In this document: positions 37,486-48,791 of the stretch, piece by piece
Layout: every line of letters starts with the position of its first letter
Position numbering within the stretch: position 1 is the stretch's first letter
Source of the DNA: Vicugna vicugna
Taxonomy: Eukaryota
Direction: 5' to 3'
Assembly (NCBI GenBank): GCA_013265495.1
Contig: MU059052.1
Location: 1,134,702-1,198,701, forward strand
Length of the DNA: 64,000 nucleotides
Program-made: the position numbers and the translations under genes
The notes under the pieces: model-generated
What the model saw: the letters and a program-made list of their open reading frames with translations, nothing else
Database searches by the model: none
What the model was told of the DNA's origin: nothing

Positions 37486-37620
37486 GGGCCCGGGTTTGCG
37501 GGATTCCTGTGGGACACGGCGGCCGGGGTGGAGCTGAGAGACACCGCCTGGCAGGAGAGCTCGCCTGGCAACGGGCACGGGAAGCCCGTGGGTCCCAGCC
37601 CGTACCTTGCGAGGTTCAAG
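37486..37620 (+). CDS. EEPD1: EEPD1 coding exon (135 bp; exon 5 equivalent), GPGFAGFLWDTAAGVELRDTAWQESSPGNGHGKPVGPSPYLARFK
   Basis: (gap)gcag|GGGCCC...TTCAAG|gtaccg. 45 codons, homologous to recalled human GAGYAGFLWDAAAGMELRD...PSPYLGRFK. Confidence 0.96.
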
Positions 37621-38604
37621 GTACCGCTCATGTCGCCGTGAAGAGCCACTCCGTCTGAAAAAGGAAAAAAGGCCCTTTCTGAACTGTGAGCTGGAGAAGC
37701 TCATCTTTTGCCTTGGTTTTCTTCTCTCTCTGGGCTGGGGCAGCATACCCTCCTGGGGCTCCCTTGGCTGGGGACCACGTCCAGAGCAAGAATGAGAGGG
37801 ATCTGGAGGATCTGTAGCTCTGGTCACGTTGACATGCGGGCAGGAAGGAGGTCAGGGGGCTGCTGCCCAAACCTGACCCACCTCGGAACCACCCGGAGGG
37901 ATTCTTAAGATCAGGGGTTCCTGGACCCTGCCCCAGACACACAGAATGTCTGGGTTTCAAGCTTCAATGCTTCTTCAGTCTTCCCTGCACAGGGATAAAC
38001 GAGGCTGGGCATTTGGGACTCACTGGATTAGAGGGCAACTGGACTTCTCTGAGGACCCCCTCTCTTACCAGGGAGAGGGGGGACTCTGAAGGGGTCATTT
38101 GGGCTTGAAAGGGGCTCAGAAGGAGCTTCTGGGCAGTGGAGCCAGGGAAGCCCTATGACTGACACCTCCAGACAAGCCCTGTCTCACCAGAGTCCGGAGC
38201 AGCAAGCAGCCAGATCTGTGCTCTCTCTCTAATTTCCCCAGACATCCCTGGGAAATATTAATAAACAGCAAGCAGTCAGAAGCTGGGCAGCAGGATCAAG
38301 AAGAAGCCAGCAGCCAAAACAGATCAGCAAGTCAGCAGTTGGCCTTATCCCTGTGAAGTCACAGGATCAGACAGTGGTCCCTGGCCATAGCGCTTAGCAA
38401 GCCACCTGCTGCCCACCCCGCCCACCCGCCACACGCTCCAGAGAGGTTCCGTAGCCTGCGAATTGCTACAGACCCCAGCGCAGTTTCTGGCAGCGCCGGG
38501 CTGGGGCAGCCAGTGCTGGGGCTGTGATGGCTTTGGTTGGGGTCCAGCCCAGGACTGTCCCCCTCAGGCCCATAGCTGCAGAGGCACTGGCGTTCCGTGT
38601 GCGT

Positions 38605-38624
38605 ACACACACACACACACACAC
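38605..38624. repeat. (AC)10 microsatellite
   Basis: acacacacacacacacacac read directly. Confidence 0.95.
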
Positions 38625-39775
38625 CCCTGGGGTGTCTGTGGGTTGTGCTTATGGTGCTGATGTGGAATTCAGCCAGGTATCACCGTTAATACCAGTATCG
38701 CCTCCACACTGGATCCCTTTTCTCTGTAAAATGGCTGTAATGGTTTTGGCCAAGCAAGACAACACGCAGAACCAGCCAGTGACTCTAAGAGGCAGGCTGT
38801 TTTTAATGGCCAATGAAAAATGCTGTCAGGTCACGAAATATTGGCCAAGGCGTCCAAATGAAGCGATCGCCTCGACAGACGCGCAGCCTGCTGCACTTCA
38901 TGGCACATCGCAGGCCAGACAAGTGGTAGGAGCAGAGATGCGGCTCACCTCTCCACACTGGGTTTTCCTGCCCACTGCCTTATGGTGGTTCCCCCACGCT
39001 CAGAGCCACAGCTGCAGAGAGAGCCCTCCACCCTCCAGGTGGGCGGTGGTGCTGGCACATCTGTAAGACAGAACTGGCAGCCTCCACTTCCTGCACCCCG
39101 CCGCTTCCTGGCAGCGTTTACTCTTTGTTGCCATGACAAACGGAAGGACAGGTTGCTAAACTCTGAGCAGCTGAGCAATGCTGTGGTGCTCGAGGACCGA
39201 CCCGCCCTTCGCGCTTCCGCACCTGTGCACCACGGCCACCCCTGGGGACGCGGAACAGGCATAGCCTGCGCTGCTAGGGTCCGGCCGGCTGTCGTTCTCG
39301 ACATGTTTGAAATCGGGTGAAAGTGCGCATCAGGGCACAGTGGTCTCTGGTGGGAGAAGAACACGTAGGGGTGGGCGGTGGGGAAGGAGGAGGGTCCCCC
39401 CAGTGGGTCCTGGCAGGGGATGGAGATCTGGCCCTTTGCCTAAGAGCCCCAGGTCTTTGGTAACAACCAGCTGCTAGACCCCCGCTTCCCCCTTGTTAGT
39501 TGCTTAGAAGAGAAAAAGCAAAAAACAAAAATTTGCCATTTCCAGATGTGCCCAATTTTCCAGGCCTAGGAGGAGCAGGTGTGATGTCGGGGTGCACTGA
39601 TAGAACAAGATAGGTCTCTGTCCTGCAGGGGGGTCGGAAAACCCTTCCGGTGCCCATCTCCCAGGGTGCGCCAGCCTCTGTGCTCAGCGCTGGACGTGAA
39701 GCTGTGTGTGAGTCAGATAAAGCGGGAAGTAAGAGCATCGCGCCTGTCCTTGATGTGTCCTTTCCTCTTGCCCAG

Positions 39776-39914
39776 GTGGGAAGTAATGACTTGATCCTTG
39801 TGAACCTTCACCTGGCAGCCCTGACCCTCCCAGGGAGCGAGAACCCGAGCAGGAATCACAGCGACAGCCACCGCTGGGCCACCTTCGTGCAGACCTTGCA
39901 GGAAACCCTGAAAG
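39776..39914 (+). CDS. EEPD1: EEPD1 coding exon (139 bp; exon 6 equivalent), VGSNDLILVNLHLAALTLPGSENPSRNHSDSHRWATFVQTLQETLK(G)
   Basis: tttcctcttgcccag|GTGGGA...CTGAAAG|gtagga. Contains the EEP-family 'VNLHL' strand motif and ends in phase 1, matching the next exon. Confidence 0.97.
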
Positions 39915-40919
39915 GTAGGAGGCTGTCTTTCTCAGCTCCCACTTCTGCAGGGCAGGAGTTGTAGAAGGGGTTGCCTCTTCTGGGTGTCTCTCCACCCGAT
40001 CCCTTCATCTGGCCGTCTGTCCAGTAGGCAGCAAAGCCCAGGAAACCACCACACTCCCTGCATCTCAGGGAGCCCAGCTGCCCTGGACTTGCTGACAGCT
40101 TGTCTTCGTGAGTCTAGCACACGGGTTCCATGGTGTCAGCTTTGTGGCTCTTCAGTCTCTGATGGAAAGGATTCAGTGATGACACCCTCCCCGGTGACAG
40201 CTCATTGTGGGTCAGCTGCCCTGGGTGTGCCGCCTGCACATCTGCACATGCTCTTCTTGTGAAGGAGGAAAAGTTGATGACAAGGGTGGGAAAGTCTGGT
40301 CGAGCAGTGAGATGCATTTTTCTCTCTGGTGGGATGCAGACCTTACCAAAGGAGCCTTGAAGCCGACGGGAAAGCTGGATTTTAATCTCAGCTCTTTTTG
40401 TAGGACATCAGGCAAGTTACCACCCCTTCAAGCTCCGTCTAGCAGGGGACGGACAGTGGTGACCTGATAGGGTGCTCAGGGGGCTTGGTGAGCTTCTGAG
40501 GAAGTGCCCAGCACATAGTAGGCACTCAGCGAACATGAATTGACTCAAAAAAAAAAAAAGCCACTGGGTTTACGAAAACATAGAAAAGAGCTGAACTTTA
40601 GAAGAAAGGTGGGCTGTCTGTTTTCTGGGCTCTGCCGCCAATAACACAGAAGGTTTTCTGTGCACGGTTTACCAGAAAGAAAACTTGACATGGCTGTAAA
40701 GATAGGGACGTGTGTGACTACGCTTGGTTTTTTCAAAGCTTCTCTAGATGAGGGTTCACAGCTGGAGGCTAGAAGTCTCTTCCAGAAACTAGAGTCTTAA
40801 CCAGTGTTCTCTAGCTGGCTCAGCATTTTTTTCCTTGTTAAGTTGGCCCCTCACAGTGGGCTTATGAAGATTTGGCTATAAAAATAATTCAGTCAGACTA
40901 CAAAGTTACATTTTGAAAA

Positions 40920-41360
40920 GACTTTTTATTGTGGCAAAATACATATAACATGAAACTTACCATCTTAACCATTTTTAAGCCTTCAGGTCAGTTATATTAA
41001 GCATATTTACATTGTTTTACAACCATCACCACCATCCATCTCTAGAATTTTTTCGTCTCCCCAAACTGAAACTGCACCCATTAAACATAAAGTCCCCATA
41101 CCTCCTTCTCTGGGTCCCTGAGCATCTCCATTCAACTTGCTGTTTCTATGAATTTGACCACTCTGGGTATCTCCTGTGAGCGGAATCTTACAAAATTTGT
41201 CCTTTTGTTTCTGGCTTATTTCACTTAATGTTACATCTTCATGGTTCATACTATGTGTCAGAATTTCCTTTCTTTTTAAGACCAAATACTATTCTGTTTA
41301 TTGGTCAATGGACACTAGGGCTGTTTCCATCTTTGGGCTGCTGTAAACATTGATATGCAA
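40920..41360 (-). mobile_element. L1MB-type 3' end
   Basis: 'tttttattgtggcaaaatacatataacatgaaacttaccatcttaaccatttttaag...acaaccatcaccaccatccatctctagaa...ttctggcttatttcacttaatg'. Confidence 0.9.
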
Positions 41361-43168
41361 GTTACATTTTGAACCAGGATGTGCTGTGACCAGCATTCTC
41401 CTTAAATTATGAGTCTTCAGGCTAAGATAGTATCAGAAAGATGTTTAAGCTGAGATATTTCATCCAAGGAGCAACTATGTGGGAAATTGTTCACCTGCAG
41501 TCTCCAGCCTAAAAAGGCTGACTTGATAGCTTTTCAGATCTGTGCACGTTTCTCTTATTTTCAATCTCAAGGTTTTCCTTTTCGTGGAAGCAGAAAGGAA
41601 AGATGCCAGCCTCTAGCTTCTCTGATAACCTTAGTCTCTCTCTGTTTTAGTTTTTTTTTTCCCCTCCCTGATATCCAGGGACTGGTAAGGTTTTTGTTAG
41701 CAAACCTAGGCAGGTTATGTTCCAAACTGCCAGGGGACTATCGACCCACAGCCTGGCTTGGCCTTGACACACCCATGTACGGACAGTGACTCATGTTTCT
41801 GTGTCCCCCTGCGTGTAACTAAGGTCCAGTTCATTGTTAACTGGTGACGCGGCAGACCCAGGATTCAGGAAGTGCCGCAGCCTGCCCAGGGGGCAACACG
41901 GGTGCATCGATGAGCAGAGGCGTTTCAGCTAAAACAAAGACTAAGCCTATATTCCACGGGCTTCTTTCTATCAGAGCAAACAGAGCCGACTTGATTAGTA
42001 AACTCTGGGCTTTTCTGCCTTTGTCTGGAATGTGCACCCAGGTTGACGTCAGCTGGGGTGTGCCCATCCTCTGATGGAATTCTCTGCTTTCACACCCGCC
42101 AGGGGGCCTTCTCTGTGAACTCAGCAAAAGGGACACAGGGTGCAGTCATCCTTGACATCTGGGGGGGACCTTCCTTCCCCCCGTGGGGACCGGCTTCTGC
42201 TGTTTTCACTGGCATTTTATAAATCCTGAGACTTGGAGCAAATCAGCCCCGAGCATTCTCCCCTCACTCCCAGCAACCAAGATGATTAAGGCACCCACCC
42301 CAGTGGACAGCCTTCTAGGAGAATTCCGGTCTCCGCACATCTGGGGACTCTCGGGCAAGGACAGTCGCCATGTTATCCCCAACTGATTTAACCGAAAGAA
42401 AAAACCTAGATGTGCCTGTTCAAAAAGAGCTGTTATTTTCATCCCTAAAGTTACACAGAGCTCGGCTCATTGACCCTCGACACCTGCATCTCCCCTGGCT
42501 TCAGAAGTGTCTCTTACGGCTCACACTTCTTCAGATCTGCACCCCAGTGAAAACCTCCCTGCCACATGGGAACCTCCTGCCTCGGACTTTCTTAACTTCA
42601 GTTTTCCTTGATAGTCGATAAATGCAGCACCTTTTCCTTCTTTCCTTTCAAAATTACACTGCACCCTAAATTCGAGGTTTTCCCCTCACTTTTTTCCCCC
42701 TCGCCTTGTTCACTGTTTCTTCCACACGTGTCTATCAAGCATCTGCTGGGCAGCAGGCACTGTTTCAGGCACACGGGGCTTTTCCATCCTTGCTCTTTGC
42801 AAAGACCCCTGGATTTGAGTGCTGGCTCGGTGACCCTGGGCAAGCCTTTCCACCTCTCGGAGCCTCAGCCTCGTACCTGCACAGAGGGTCCAGTGCACAG
42901 TGAGGGCTCGGTGAATGGTCATTAACACTGGCCACGGATGAGATGTTATTAATGTTATTCTCAAGTTAGTTTTGCTATTTGGAAGGAGGCACCAATTTCT
43001 CAAGACCACGTGGTTGGGCTCACCCTGCTTTGGGTACCAACCTTGTTAGGATCTAGCATGAGGGGTTAAATCCCTGTGGACCACACAAATGGCTGCAGGG
43101 AAGGCTTCCCTCCCCTTCCCTTCTGTTCCGCCCGCGCCTCGGTGGAGGGCGTCACGTGCAGTGAGCGA

Positions 43169-43182
43169 GCGCCCTCTGCTGG
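43169..43182 (-). promoter_or_regulatory. Candidate CTCF binding site in EEPD1 intron 6
   Basis: The minus strand reads CCAGCAGAGGGCGC, a full match to the CTCF core consensus CCASYAGRKGGCRS. It lies in a local CpG-rich patch, with GTCACGTG (E-box) at 43151-43158. Confidence 0.65.
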
Positions 43183-43559
43183 TGGCGTGTGTCCTTCCAC
43201 TTTAGATTTCTTTCCCTCCAGCCATTGTTACTGAAGCATGTTCATGTCCAGGAAAAAGATTTGCTGAGTCTCAGATGCATTTGGCCTTCGTTTATGAACT
43301 GCTTTCCTTAAAGCTTCCCTTGCAAGATGAGACAGAAATGCCGCTCCCTGTGATAACGTGGCTCCCCTGAAGGGACCTTGGAGACAGGCCATGACGGTCA
43401 GGCAGTCCATGCGAATCCCAGGGAGCCTCGCTCGAGCCCACTGTCCTTTCTGCTCACTTTGGAAAATACTTCATCACTATCCCACTCACTCTAGTAAATC
43501 AAACTATGAGAGAAATATTGAAGATACTTTAAAGGGAAAAGCTTTCCACTTTGGCCCTG

Positions 43560-43750
43560 TGTTAGTGTGCTCAGGCTGCAGTCACAAAATACCACGGTCC
43601 AGGTGGCTTAAACAAAAGGAGGTTACTTTCTCGCAGTTCTGGAGGCCGGAAAGTCCATGGTCAAGGTGTGGGCAGATTTGGTTTCTTCTGAGGCCTCTCT
43701 CCTTGCCTTGTGGATGGCTGTCTTCTCCCTGTGTTCCCAAGATCTTCCCT
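43560..43750 (-). mobile_element. MLT1 (MLT1A/B-like) LTR 3' fragment
   Basis: 'gctgcagtcacaaaataccac...ggtggcttaaacaaaag...tctcgcagttctggaggccggaaagtccatggtcaaggtg...ttcttctgaggcctctctccttgccttgtggatggctgtcttctccctgtg'. Confidence 0.85.
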
Positions 43751-44087
43751 CTGTGCTCGATAAATGTTTGTTGAGCTTTTGTTAAATACCTGAGCAGGAC
43801 CCTTAGGCCTTTTTGTGCTGTGAGATTTGGAGCCCATGGGTTGGAGCAGGGGTGATCTCTCCATCACACTGACCCCCATTTCCAGATGTGTCACTAATCT
43901 GTTCTTAAGTTTGGGAGGGGGTTGGCACAAGGAGTTTGGAAACATTGGGAGAATAAGAACCATGCTGTAGTCCTAACCTTACGAGTCAAATCAGACAGCC
44001 ACGATCCCACTTAAATGGGCTGTGATCAGTGTTGGGTTCATTTCTCACCTCCTCTTAAACTCCTGATTTTCTTTCTTTCACTTCCAG

Positions 44088-44184
44088 GAGAAAAAGACGT
44101 GATCGTTTTAGGGGACTTCGGCCAGGGGCCAGACAGCACTGACTATGATATTCTGAGGAAAGAAAAATTCTGCCCCCTGATCCC
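44088..44184 (+). CDS. EEPD1: EEPD1 exon 7 equivalent, 5' part only (the rest is in the gap 44185-44931), (G)EKDVIVLGDFGQGPDSTDYDILRKEKFCPLIP
   Basis: ctttctttcacttccag|GAGAAA. Contains the EEP 'IxLGDF' motif. The sequence stops at the N-run. A 195-bp exon would be expected from the human gene. Confidence 0.93.
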
Positions 44185-45216
44185 NNNNNNNNNNNNNNNN
44201 NNNNNNNNNNNNNNNNNNNNNNNNNNNNNNNNNNNNNNNNNNNNNNNNNNNNNNNNNNNNNNNNNNNNNNNNNNNNNNNNNNNNNNNNNNNNNNNNNNNN
44301 NNNNNNNNNNNNNNNNNNNNNNNNNNNNNNNNNNNNNNNNNNNNNNNNNNNNNNNNNNNNNNNNNNNNNNNNNNNNNNNNNNNNNNNNNNNNNNNNNNNN
44401 NNNNNNNNNNNNNNNNNNNNNNNNNNNNNNNNNNNNNNNNNNNNNNNNNNNNNNNNNNNNNNNNNNNNNNNNNNNNNNNNNNNNNNNNNNNNNNNNNNNN
44501 NNNNNNNNNNNNNNNNNNNNNNNNNNNNNNNNNNNNNNNNNNNNNNNNNNNNNNNNNNNNNNNNNNNNNNNNNNNNNNNNNNNNNNNNNNNNNNNNNNNN
44601 NNNNNNNNNNNNNNNNNNNNNNNNNNNNNNNNNNNNNNNNNNNNNNNNNNNNNNNNNNNNNNNNNNNNNNNNNNNNNNNNNNNNNNNNNNNNNNNNNNNN
44701 NNNNNNNNNNNNNNNNNNNNNNNNNNNNNNNNNNNNNNNNNNNNNNNNNNNNNNNNNNNNNNNNNNNNNNNNNNNNNNNNNNNNNNNNNNNNNNNNNNNN
44801 NNNNNNNNNNNNNNNNNNNNNNNNNNNNNNNNNNNNNNNNNNNNNNNNNNNNNNNNNNNNNNNNNNNNNNNNNNNNNNNNNNNNNNNNNNNNNNNNNNNN
44901 NNNNNNNNNNNNNNNNNNNNNNNNNNNNNNNGGGAGCTGGGGAGCCTGAGAACACTGGGCTGTAGGGAAGTTAGAAATCATTTCGTCTGCCCCCTTGCTG
45001 TTAAGCTTTTTAGGGGTAGTTTCAGTGCTTACCGTGGTAAACCCTCACTTGCTGAGAAAATCAAATGGGCTGAGACAGCGCATTTGCACAGACAAGCCAG
45101 GCTGAGTCTCATCAGGGAGCCCAGGTGTGCAGCCACTTGCCAGCCTGCGACACCCCGCCCTCACATCCCCCATCCCCTATATCCTGACCTTTGGTTTCCT
45201 TTCCCTCTGCCTTCAG

Positions 45217-45416
45217 GTCACTGGGCTGTCGTAAGAGAGGGCCTCACGAACCCTTGGATTCCAGATAACTGGTCCTGGGGCAGAGTGGCTTCCGAACACT
45301 GCCCCGAGCTGGCGGAGTTTTACACGGAGAAGGACTGGCACAGGAAGGAAGGCGCCCGGAACGGCAGCGGGGTCACCCTGGAGCGAAGTGAAGCCAACAT
45401 TAAGCACGAGCGGTGA
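45217..45416 (+). CDS. EEPD1: EEPD1 terminal coding exon (200 bp to stop), (G)HWAVVREGLTNPWIPDNWSWGRVASEHCPELAEFYTEKDWHRKEGARNGSGVTLERSEANIKHER*
   Basis: ttccctctgccttcag|GTCACTGG...GAGCGGTGA. The C-terminus ERSEANIKHER matches recalled human EEPD1, and SEHCP is the equivalent of the EEP SDHxP motif. Confidence 0.97.
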
Positions 45417-45850
45417 TGACACTGAACCGGGTTTCCACCCTCGGACCCCGGAGGCCAGGAGCTCCCCCTCCCCAGTGAAGATGCAGAGCGCCAGGAACTG
45501 CCTTTTCATCTTCACTCTGACCACGTCCGCGCCCAGGCCTGGACCCGCCTGCCGTCTTGGCGGATGTGTTCGGACCTCTGGCAGAGGCGGGAGCACGTTG
45601 GGCCCTTGAAGTGCTGGATGGTCAGATCAGAAGCCCAGCAGAGAACGGAAATGTGTGCCATCTGCGATTGCCGCCAATCTCAGCTGACCGGCTGGCCACG
45701 CCCGCCGCCTGGACCGCAGCCCGGAGAGGAGCAGCGGCGGCCGAGCGGCAGGGAGTGGGAGATGCCCGGCCGCCGGGACCTTCCCGAGGGCTGCCCGGAC
45801 CTCTCCTCTCTGCCCACCAGTCTGCGATGTTCCGGCTGCAAATCACATAA
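45290..45850. promoter_or_regulatory. CpG-island-like segment over the terminal exon and 3' UTR
   Basis: Hand count of about 26 CpG in 45541-45840 alone. GC-rich, versus the CpG-poor background of the window. Confidence 0.6.
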
Positions 45851-45914
45851 AGCTTTTAACTTGAGCAGTCTTCTCAAATATTTTGAGTGGTGGCTTTTAG
45901 TTTTGTTTTGAAAA

Positions 45915-45920
45915 AATAAA
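45915..45920 (+). terminator. Candidate EEPD1 polyadenylation signal (AATAAA)
   Basis: First AATAAA noticed after the stop codon (~500 nt downstream). It is preceded by a U-rich tract (ttttagttttgttttg) and followed by a GU-rich tract at ~45970-45990. Use is not verifiable without RNA data. Confidence 0.45.
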
Positions 45921-46544
45921 CAGAGATGAACCAGCCTGGCTGCAGTGAGAGCCCGGGGACAGTTCCCCTGCTGTGTGTGCTTTGTGCTCCCTTTGGATGC
46001 CCCTGGCGGGCTGTGGCCTGAGGGGTCCCGAACATAGTGCGCCCCCCCACCCCAGCCCCCAGGAGCCTGCTTCCTTTACATCCCCGCCTGAGACCTTGCA
46101 TAGGTGTCTGTCACAGCCGCGTAGACCCCCTGAGACCTCTGTGAAATCTCAAATCATCTCCTCCCTCCCAGAGCGCGCATCTTCTGACCTTTGGTCAGAC
46201 CGTCTGTTATTCGTGCTATTATATTTGTGCCTCTAGATCCAGTGCAGGTTCCCTTGTGCTGGGGGAAAATTCCATCACAACGATGTCCTTTCCTCCGTCC
46301 CTCCCCACTCCACCCCCTTTCCGTGTCCTCGCCCTCCCAGCCTCTAGCCCAGAGCCTCCCTCTGCTGCTTCTGAGGAATAGCTGTTGATTCTGGACCCAC
46401 AGGGAGCCTGGGAGCACTGGGGGAGGGAGGGTCCTTCTTTGTCGGTGGGTGTTGCAGGCCGGGAGCACACGTTAACTGCCACCAGGCACCCTTCCCTTCC
46501 TTGCGTTGGGTTCTCACTGAGGTTCCTGTGAGACCAAGATGATG

Positions 46545-46640
46545 CCCATTTCACAGCCGAGGAAACTGAGGCTGAGAGAGCTTCACATGAAGGTCACTCA
46601 ACTAGTAAGTAAATAGACAAGATCCACGCTCAGTCCAAAG
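46545..46640 (-). mobile_element. MIR fragment
   Basis: 'cccatttcacagccgaggaaactgaggctgagagagctt...aaggtcactcaactagtaagt'. Confidence 0.8.
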
Positions 46641-47439
46641 CGCATGCCTATGTGTCAACCCTGTGCTGCCAGCAGTAGTGTGTCAGAATCAGCACAGAGG
46701 GTGAACGTGTGAGTCATGACCCGGCTCCTTGCAGTTTACCACGGACTCTGAGGGCTTAGCCCTCCTCCAGCACTGAACACAGCATGGACCACCAGCATCA
46801 CGCTGTGGGAACCCAGGGACGTGATGGCCTGTTTTCCACCAAAGGCCACCTTTGGGGCCACCTGGCTCCAAGGAGCATCACTGGTCATTGGCATAAGAAG
46901 GAAGTCCTTTCTGGGGGCTCCAGGTGTACCTGGGTGTCAGCCACGCCCACTCTGAGGGAGTGTCTCTCCAGTGGGAGGGTGAGTGGCACCTGGAGGCACT
47001 GAACCTGTGAGGGCTGAGCCTTGACCCAAAGCAGCTGAGTTAGAGTGAAAAGTCATGGCAGGTTGGAAAGGGTGCTTCCCTGCTGAGCTGACTCATCTAA
47101 AGCTAAAACCTCCACCTGCATTCAGCAGCCAGCTGCCTCGAGTCCTTGCAGCCAGATTTCTGCCCCAAAACTGGGGGAAGAAAAGGCTCCTCAACTGTGA
47201 AGAGGTAAAAGAAATTCAGTTGAATGACCTCTGGCTCATTTGGTTTGAGCCAGAGGCTGGGGAGCTGCATTACAGTGGCCACACCTCACAGGCAGGGTGG
47301 GCTCGGCCTCTTTGCTTCTGACATCCAGGGCCGGCTCGGGGAGCCTGGCCACAAGGGGCCGCTGGTCTTGCTCTGGGCCCAGCCCTCTTGAGTTTTCTTT
47401 TTGGATCTTTTGTTTGTGTTTTGTTTTGTTTTGTTGTCA

Positions 47440-47960
47440 TTGTCTTTAATTAATAGACTTTATTTTTAAGAGTAGTTTTAGGTTTATGGAAAACTTGAGC
47501 AGAAAGTAGCCCCCCAAGCCCTGTACAGTTTCCCCTATTACTAATGTCTTGCATTAATGTGATACATGTGTTAACCGTCGATGAATTAATATCGGTATAT
47601 TATTAACTAAGCCTGTAGTTTACACGAGGCCTCGCTCTTTGTACTCCATGTGGGTTCTGACAAAAGCATATTGACATCCGTCCACCTTACAGAGCATGCA
47701 GAGTAGTTTCTCTGATCTAAAAATCCCCTGTGCTCCACCTGTTCATCCCTCCCCCTCCCCCGGCAACCAGTGATCTTTCTACGTCTCCCTAATTTTGCCT
47801 TTTCCATAATGTCATGTAGTTGGAAGCATACATACGTAGCCTTTTCAGACGCTTTTTCACGTAACAACCTGCCTTTAATTTGCCTTTGTGTCTTTCCAGG
47901 ACTTGAGAGCTCACTTCTTGTTATTGCTGAATAATGTTCCATTGTATGGAATTTTTCTGC
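47440..47960 (-). mobile_element. L1M (MC/MB-type) 3' end
   Basis: 'tagactttatttttaagagtagttttaggtttatggaaaacttgagcagaaagta...tattattaactaagcctgtagtttacac...ggcaaccagtgatctttct...ttgctgaataatgttccattgtatgg'. Confidence 0.85.
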
Positions 47961-48791
47961 TTGGCCTTCAGATTGTTTCTAAGCCCCTGCCCTTCTCCAG
48001 AGTTTTCTACCACTTCCTCTCCCCAAATACAGCATCTCTCTCCGATTCTCCCCTCCCCATTCTTTCCTTCCTTCTCCTGCTGTCAGGATTGTCCGGGAAG
48101 AGGCCCAACTGTGGAACCACTTTGTCAGAGAAGCCAAGGCGTGTCCCCTGATGCTGAGCTGGGTTTCTGGAAGGAGGTGGGGCATGGGGAATTAAGTGCT
48201 AGGGAAGCCCTGAGAGCCCCCAGCTGCCCCTTTCCCCCTGCCCCAATGGAACCTTTGTCTCCTGCGCGCTGCCCCGCAGGAGACCCTGTGATGGGAGAGC
48301 CCAGCCCTTTATGCAGGAGCCATGTAGCTCAGTCCTGCTGCCCCAGCCCTGCTCTGTAACAGACTTAGCCCTCCTGAGCCTCAAATAATGGGGCCCATGC
48401 TGTGACTCCCTCATATCTGCTCTGGGGATGTTGGGGGGAGCAAAACAAGTGGGGTCCTTGGTAGAGGGCTGCGTTCTTCCAAAACCAGAGGGATGTCACT
48501 GTCTTCTTTGTGTTTCTCTGGGCCTGATGGTTGGAGTTCTCCTCCAGTGCAGATACCTCGTCCCACTCGAGAACCCAGACACCTGGGCCGTCAGAGTCTG
48601 TGTTGTCACCCAGCCTGGCCGACGTCCCCGCCACCTGTGGATGGGAGGTAAGTGCACCTCACCTGAGGCCACCACGGAGTTTGCTTTCGGAGCAAAGGAA
48701 TTAATGGCTGCAACACCACTCACTCATCTTACACTGGCTCCCATTCTCACATGATCCTTGTCCTCTCTTCATAGCTCCTTTAAGCACTTTA

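Noticed and set aside
44015-44981. 270-316 aa ORFs, and similar ones at 12.6-13.1, 30.2-30.5, 37.0-37.8 and 62.1-62.7 kb
   Set aside because: Artefacts of translating through N-runs. Only the EEPD1 exon portions are real.
45084-45216. Upstream extension of the terminal-exon ORF (MHRQARLS...)
   Set aside because: Intronic read-through ahead of a strong acceptor at 45216. Homology to EEPD1 starts at GHWAVV.
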